Source of the DNA: Felis catus
Taxonomy: Eukaryota
Assembly (NCBI RefSeq): GCF_018350175.1
Contig: NC_058373.1
Location: 105,464,001 to 105,528,000 of the forward strand
DNA length: 64,000 nucleotides
Direction of reading: 5' to 3'
Shown: positions 60,920 through 64,000 of the stretch, piece by piece
Numbering within the stretch: the first letter of the stretch is position 1
Layout: every line of letters begins with the position of its first letter
Program-made: the position numbers and the translations under genes
The notes under the pieces: model-generated
Told to the model about the DNA's origin: nothing
What the model saw: the letters and a program-made list of their open reading frames with translations, nothing else
Databases searched by the model: none

Positions 60920-61190
60920 AGAGACAGACCGGGATGTGAATCTTGGCACCCCTGGCTGCTGGACATTTCTTCACTTCTCTGGGCCTCAATTACTTTATCT
61001 GTAAAACGATCATGGTATCTGCCTTGTAGGGTGGTGATAAGAATTAAATAATATATTAAATTACTTCAGTTATAAATTACTTAAAGTTATTACTATAACT
61101 AAAATTACTATAAGTTATTAATGTTAAGTTATAAATTATATATACAAAGATTAAAGATGAAAACATGTATAATCTCCTTATTTGGTGTTC
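60920..61190 (+). mobile_element. MIR with internal AT-rich low-complexity expansion
   Basis: TCTCTGGGCCTCAATTACTTTATCTGTAAAA core, then an AT-rich run at about 61045-61145. Confidence 0.65.
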
Positions 61191-61389
61191 AAGGAAGCTC
61201 CGGAGAGCTACTTAGCTTCTCAAGAGTCACGACTTAGGGCTGGGCTTGGATTTTTCCTGGGGTTTGGTAGGGTGCTAATGATTCAGGGGTTTTGATGGGG
61301 TTTGGGGGGCAAATTTGGGGCATAAACTGCAACTCACAGTTTAGGCCAGATTCATACCTAGTGATGGCTTTGAGTATAATCAGTATTTT

Positions 61390-61603
61390 TAGTTTTATTA
61401 TTATTTTTTAAATGTTTACTTATTTTTGAGAGAGTGAGTGAGTGGGGAAGGGGAAGGGAGGGAAGGAGACACAGAATCTGAAGCAGGTTCCAGGCTCTGA
61501 GCTGTCAGCACAGAACCTGATGCAGGGCTTGAACTCATCAGCCATGAGATCATGATCTGAGCCAAAGTTGGATGCTTAAATGACTGAGCCACCTAGGTAC
61601 CCC
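61390..61603 (-). mobile_element. CAN-SINE
   Basis: Body GAGACACAGAATCTGAAGCAGG...GAGCCACCTAGGTACCCC. Confidence 0.94.
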
Positions 61604-61611
61604 ATTATATT

Positions 61612-61815
61612 TATTTTCTTAAAATGTATTTATTTATTTTGAGGAAGAGAGAGAGAGGGCACAAGCAGGGAAGGGACAGAGAGAGAGGGAGAGAAAGAAT
61701 CCCAAGCAAGCTCTGTGCTGTCAGCACAGAGCCCAGTGTGGGGCTTGATCTCACAACCACGAGATCACAACCTGAGCTGATATCAAAGGTCAGAGGCTCA
61801 ACTGACTGGGCCACA
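61612..61815 (-). mobile_element. CAN-SINE, older subfamily, abutting the previous one
   Basis: T tail, (GA)n and GAGATCACAACCTGAGCTGA...ACTGACTGGGCCAC; the 5' end is eroded. Confidence 0.9.
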
Positions 61816-61999
61816 TCGTATATAAAGCCTGCCACATCATTGCTGTTAGGGTTACTGGCTCTTGAAGTTCAGCCTGAGAGAGAAATCTCAGGGAGTTTAT
61901 GATAATGAGGATTTACTTGATTGGCTTCTACCATGGATATAAAATAAACAATATGGGTGAAAGTGTCTCCCAGTCTGAATGGTAGGTAATCGCTTTTCA

Positions 62000-62170
62000 C
62001 ACTGTGGAACTTGGAGTCAGACAGAAAGCTCTAAAGCTTTCTAACTGTGCGTCTCATGAAGATTGCTCAACCTGTCTGGGCATTAGTTTCCCCAGCAGTA
62101 AACTGGAGATAATACTACCCATTCTATAGGCTATGGCAAGCATTGCACAGAATAATGGATGGAAAGTGTT
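62000..62170 (+). mobile_element. MIR
   Basis: TGGAGTCAGACAG...TTAGTTTCCCCAGCAGTAAACTGGAGATAATACTACC. Confidence 0.65.
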
Positions 62171-63236
62171 TTCTCTGTGGTTGCCCCTCTTGGAAAGACT
62201 CTGGATTCTTTGTATACTTACGTACGTATTTGAAAGGCAGGACTGCTTCCATTAAGGTACACAAATGTAGAAGAGTGTTACTTTAATAAACTGAAGAAAA
62301 AAGATGTCCATTTTTACCCCAAGCCCCACCTCTAAACCCTCCCCTGAAGGGGGAAATAGCATCTCTAGAGCTAGAGACGAAGAACAATGAAAAATGTGCA
62401 TGGCAAACAGTATCTAAATCCAATCAGTTGCAGAGAAAATGACTAGTCTGACAGCCTTCTGGGGCTTCTTTGGGAGTGAGGGGTGCCTCCCTGAAGGATA
62501 AAGCCCCCAACACCCCTCAGTTCACTGAGTACCCCACCCCTGAGTTCCCATGGCTGCTTGTGAACTGGGAAGTGAAAATGAAGATGGGGGCTGTGAGAGC
62601 CTCCTGGGGCTCCTACTGGTGACTTCCTCCTATAAATCAGCCACAGACAGCTGCATCCACCAGTGCCATGGGATAGAAAAATAGACCCTATTGCTAGACA
62701 GTAACATAGGCTCCACAAACATTGTGGGATCAGAGGGCAGGGGGCTTAGCCCAAGCATAGCCAAACAGCCCCTCAACCCCACAGATCCATTTGTTTATTT
62801 TCACAGCAGCTTTGCCTGTCTGTGCCACAGGAAGGAGGAAGAAGACCCCCCCCCCTTGCTCCACTCTGCGCTGCACATGTAGACCACTTACTGCTCACCC
62901 CTGCAAAGACCTGCTAGCTAATTTATTTGTTTGAGTTGCCCACAGACTGTCTGCTAGGTCTAAGTTTCAAAGCTAATGGGGAAGTGCTCAGTCTATGGAA
63001 TATTCAGCTGTTGGATTTCATTTGGTCTGCCGAATACCGGATTGAGCAAGAAAGGGAAGCCTTGTCCTGATATATTCGGCACCCCTGCTCTTCCCACCAT
63101 GCACCCTACATTCCCCCACCCCTGATACTTTCATCGGGGTTTTCACTTTCCAGCTGGCCTCTGACCCACCCAGAGAAACCGGCTGTGGCAGTTGCGAGAT
63201 TAAGCTTCCATCCTTTGACTTGAATCCGTGTCGTGT

Positions 63237-63456
63237 TTTAACTTTTTTTTAACGCTTATTCATTTTTTGAGAGACAGAGAGAGACAGAGAGTGAGTGGGG
63301 GAGGGGCAGAGAGAAAAGGAGACACAGAATCCGAAGCAGGCTCCAGGCTCTGAGCTGTCAGCACAGAGCCCCACATGGGGCTTGAACTCACAGACTGTGA
63401 GATCATGACCTGAGCCGAAGTCAGACGCTTAACTGACTAAGCCATCCAGGTGCCCC
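63237..63456 (-). mobile_element. CAN-SINE
   Basis: Degenerate TSD TTGAATC(CG/TA)TGTC at 63220 and 63457. Confidence 0.95.
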
Positions 63457-63494
63457 TTGAATCTATGTCTTCTAAAATAAAAGCACCTTCGCAA

Positions 63495-64000
63495 CATTTT
63501 TAATGAAAAATTAAAAGCCTACATGAAAGTAGAAAGGTTTTTACAGTGAACACCTGTAAATCCGTACCCAGGTTCTATTAACATATTATGATACTTGCTT
63601 TATCATATATCTATCCATCTATTCGTCTCATTTTTGACACATTTCAAAGTAAATTGCAGACGTCTGTACCCTAACCCCTAATTACTTTGTTACGTATATC
63701 AGTAACTAGACTTCAATATTTGTTTAGTTTTTATTTTATTTTTCTTTTTTAATATTTGCTTTATGTATAGTTGCTTCTCTCTTGGGGGCATAAAGCATTT
63801 TTTTTTCTCTTAACATAAAACTTGCATACAATGAAACGCACGTATCATTAGTGTATGTTTGTGAGTTGACAAATGCATACATCTGGGTAACCCAAACCCC
63901 TATCAAGATATAAAACATTGGCATCACCTAGAAAGTTCCCTGCTCAGTCAATACCTACCTCTATTCCCTCAGCAGCAGCTAGTGCTCTATTTCCTCCCAT
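63495..64000 (-). mobile_element. Ancient L1M (MC/MD-type) 3' fragments, probably two, running off the window
   Basis: TACAGTGAACACC, CATTTCAAAGTAAATTGCAGAC, TTGACAAATGCATACA..GTAACCCAAACCCCTATCAAGATATA and ATCACCTAGAAAGTTCCC. Confidence 0.75.

Noticed and set aside
1..64000. CRISPR array, operon or other prokaryotic-type system
   Set aside because: The DNA is mammalian; the recurring repeats are dispersed SINEs, not regularly spaced repeat-spacer units.

Overview
This is 64 kb of carnivore genomic DNA, almost certainly felid: it contains 29 CAN-SINEs of the cat SINEC_Fc type. No host protein-coding exon can be recognised. The ORF-track hits are SINE, microsatellite or chance ORFs, apart from a degraded C-terminal fragment of LINE-1 ORF2 at 57.1-58.3 kb. 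The window is a mosaic of SINEs, L1, L2, MIR, MaLR/ERV LTRs (MER21, MLT1, MLT2) and hAT-Charlie MITEs (MER33, MER58A, MER5-type), many of them nested and many with readable target-site duplications (TSDs). L1s (about 9 of 10) and SINEs (21 of 29) lie mostly on the minus strand, which suggests a long intron of a plus-strand gene. The most notable observations are: a tailless 5'-half tRNA-Lys(CTT) retrocopy with TSD at 35481; a candidate alternative promoter and first exon ending ATG|GTAAGT at about 24.9 kb; two tightly spaced inverted SINE pairs, one with a perfect 20-bp palindrome in its spacer; and several candidate small exons and enhancer-like motif clusters. I found no convincing novel gene system. 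Repeat family names come from recall of consensus sequences, not from a database search, and boundaries without a stated TSD are approximate.
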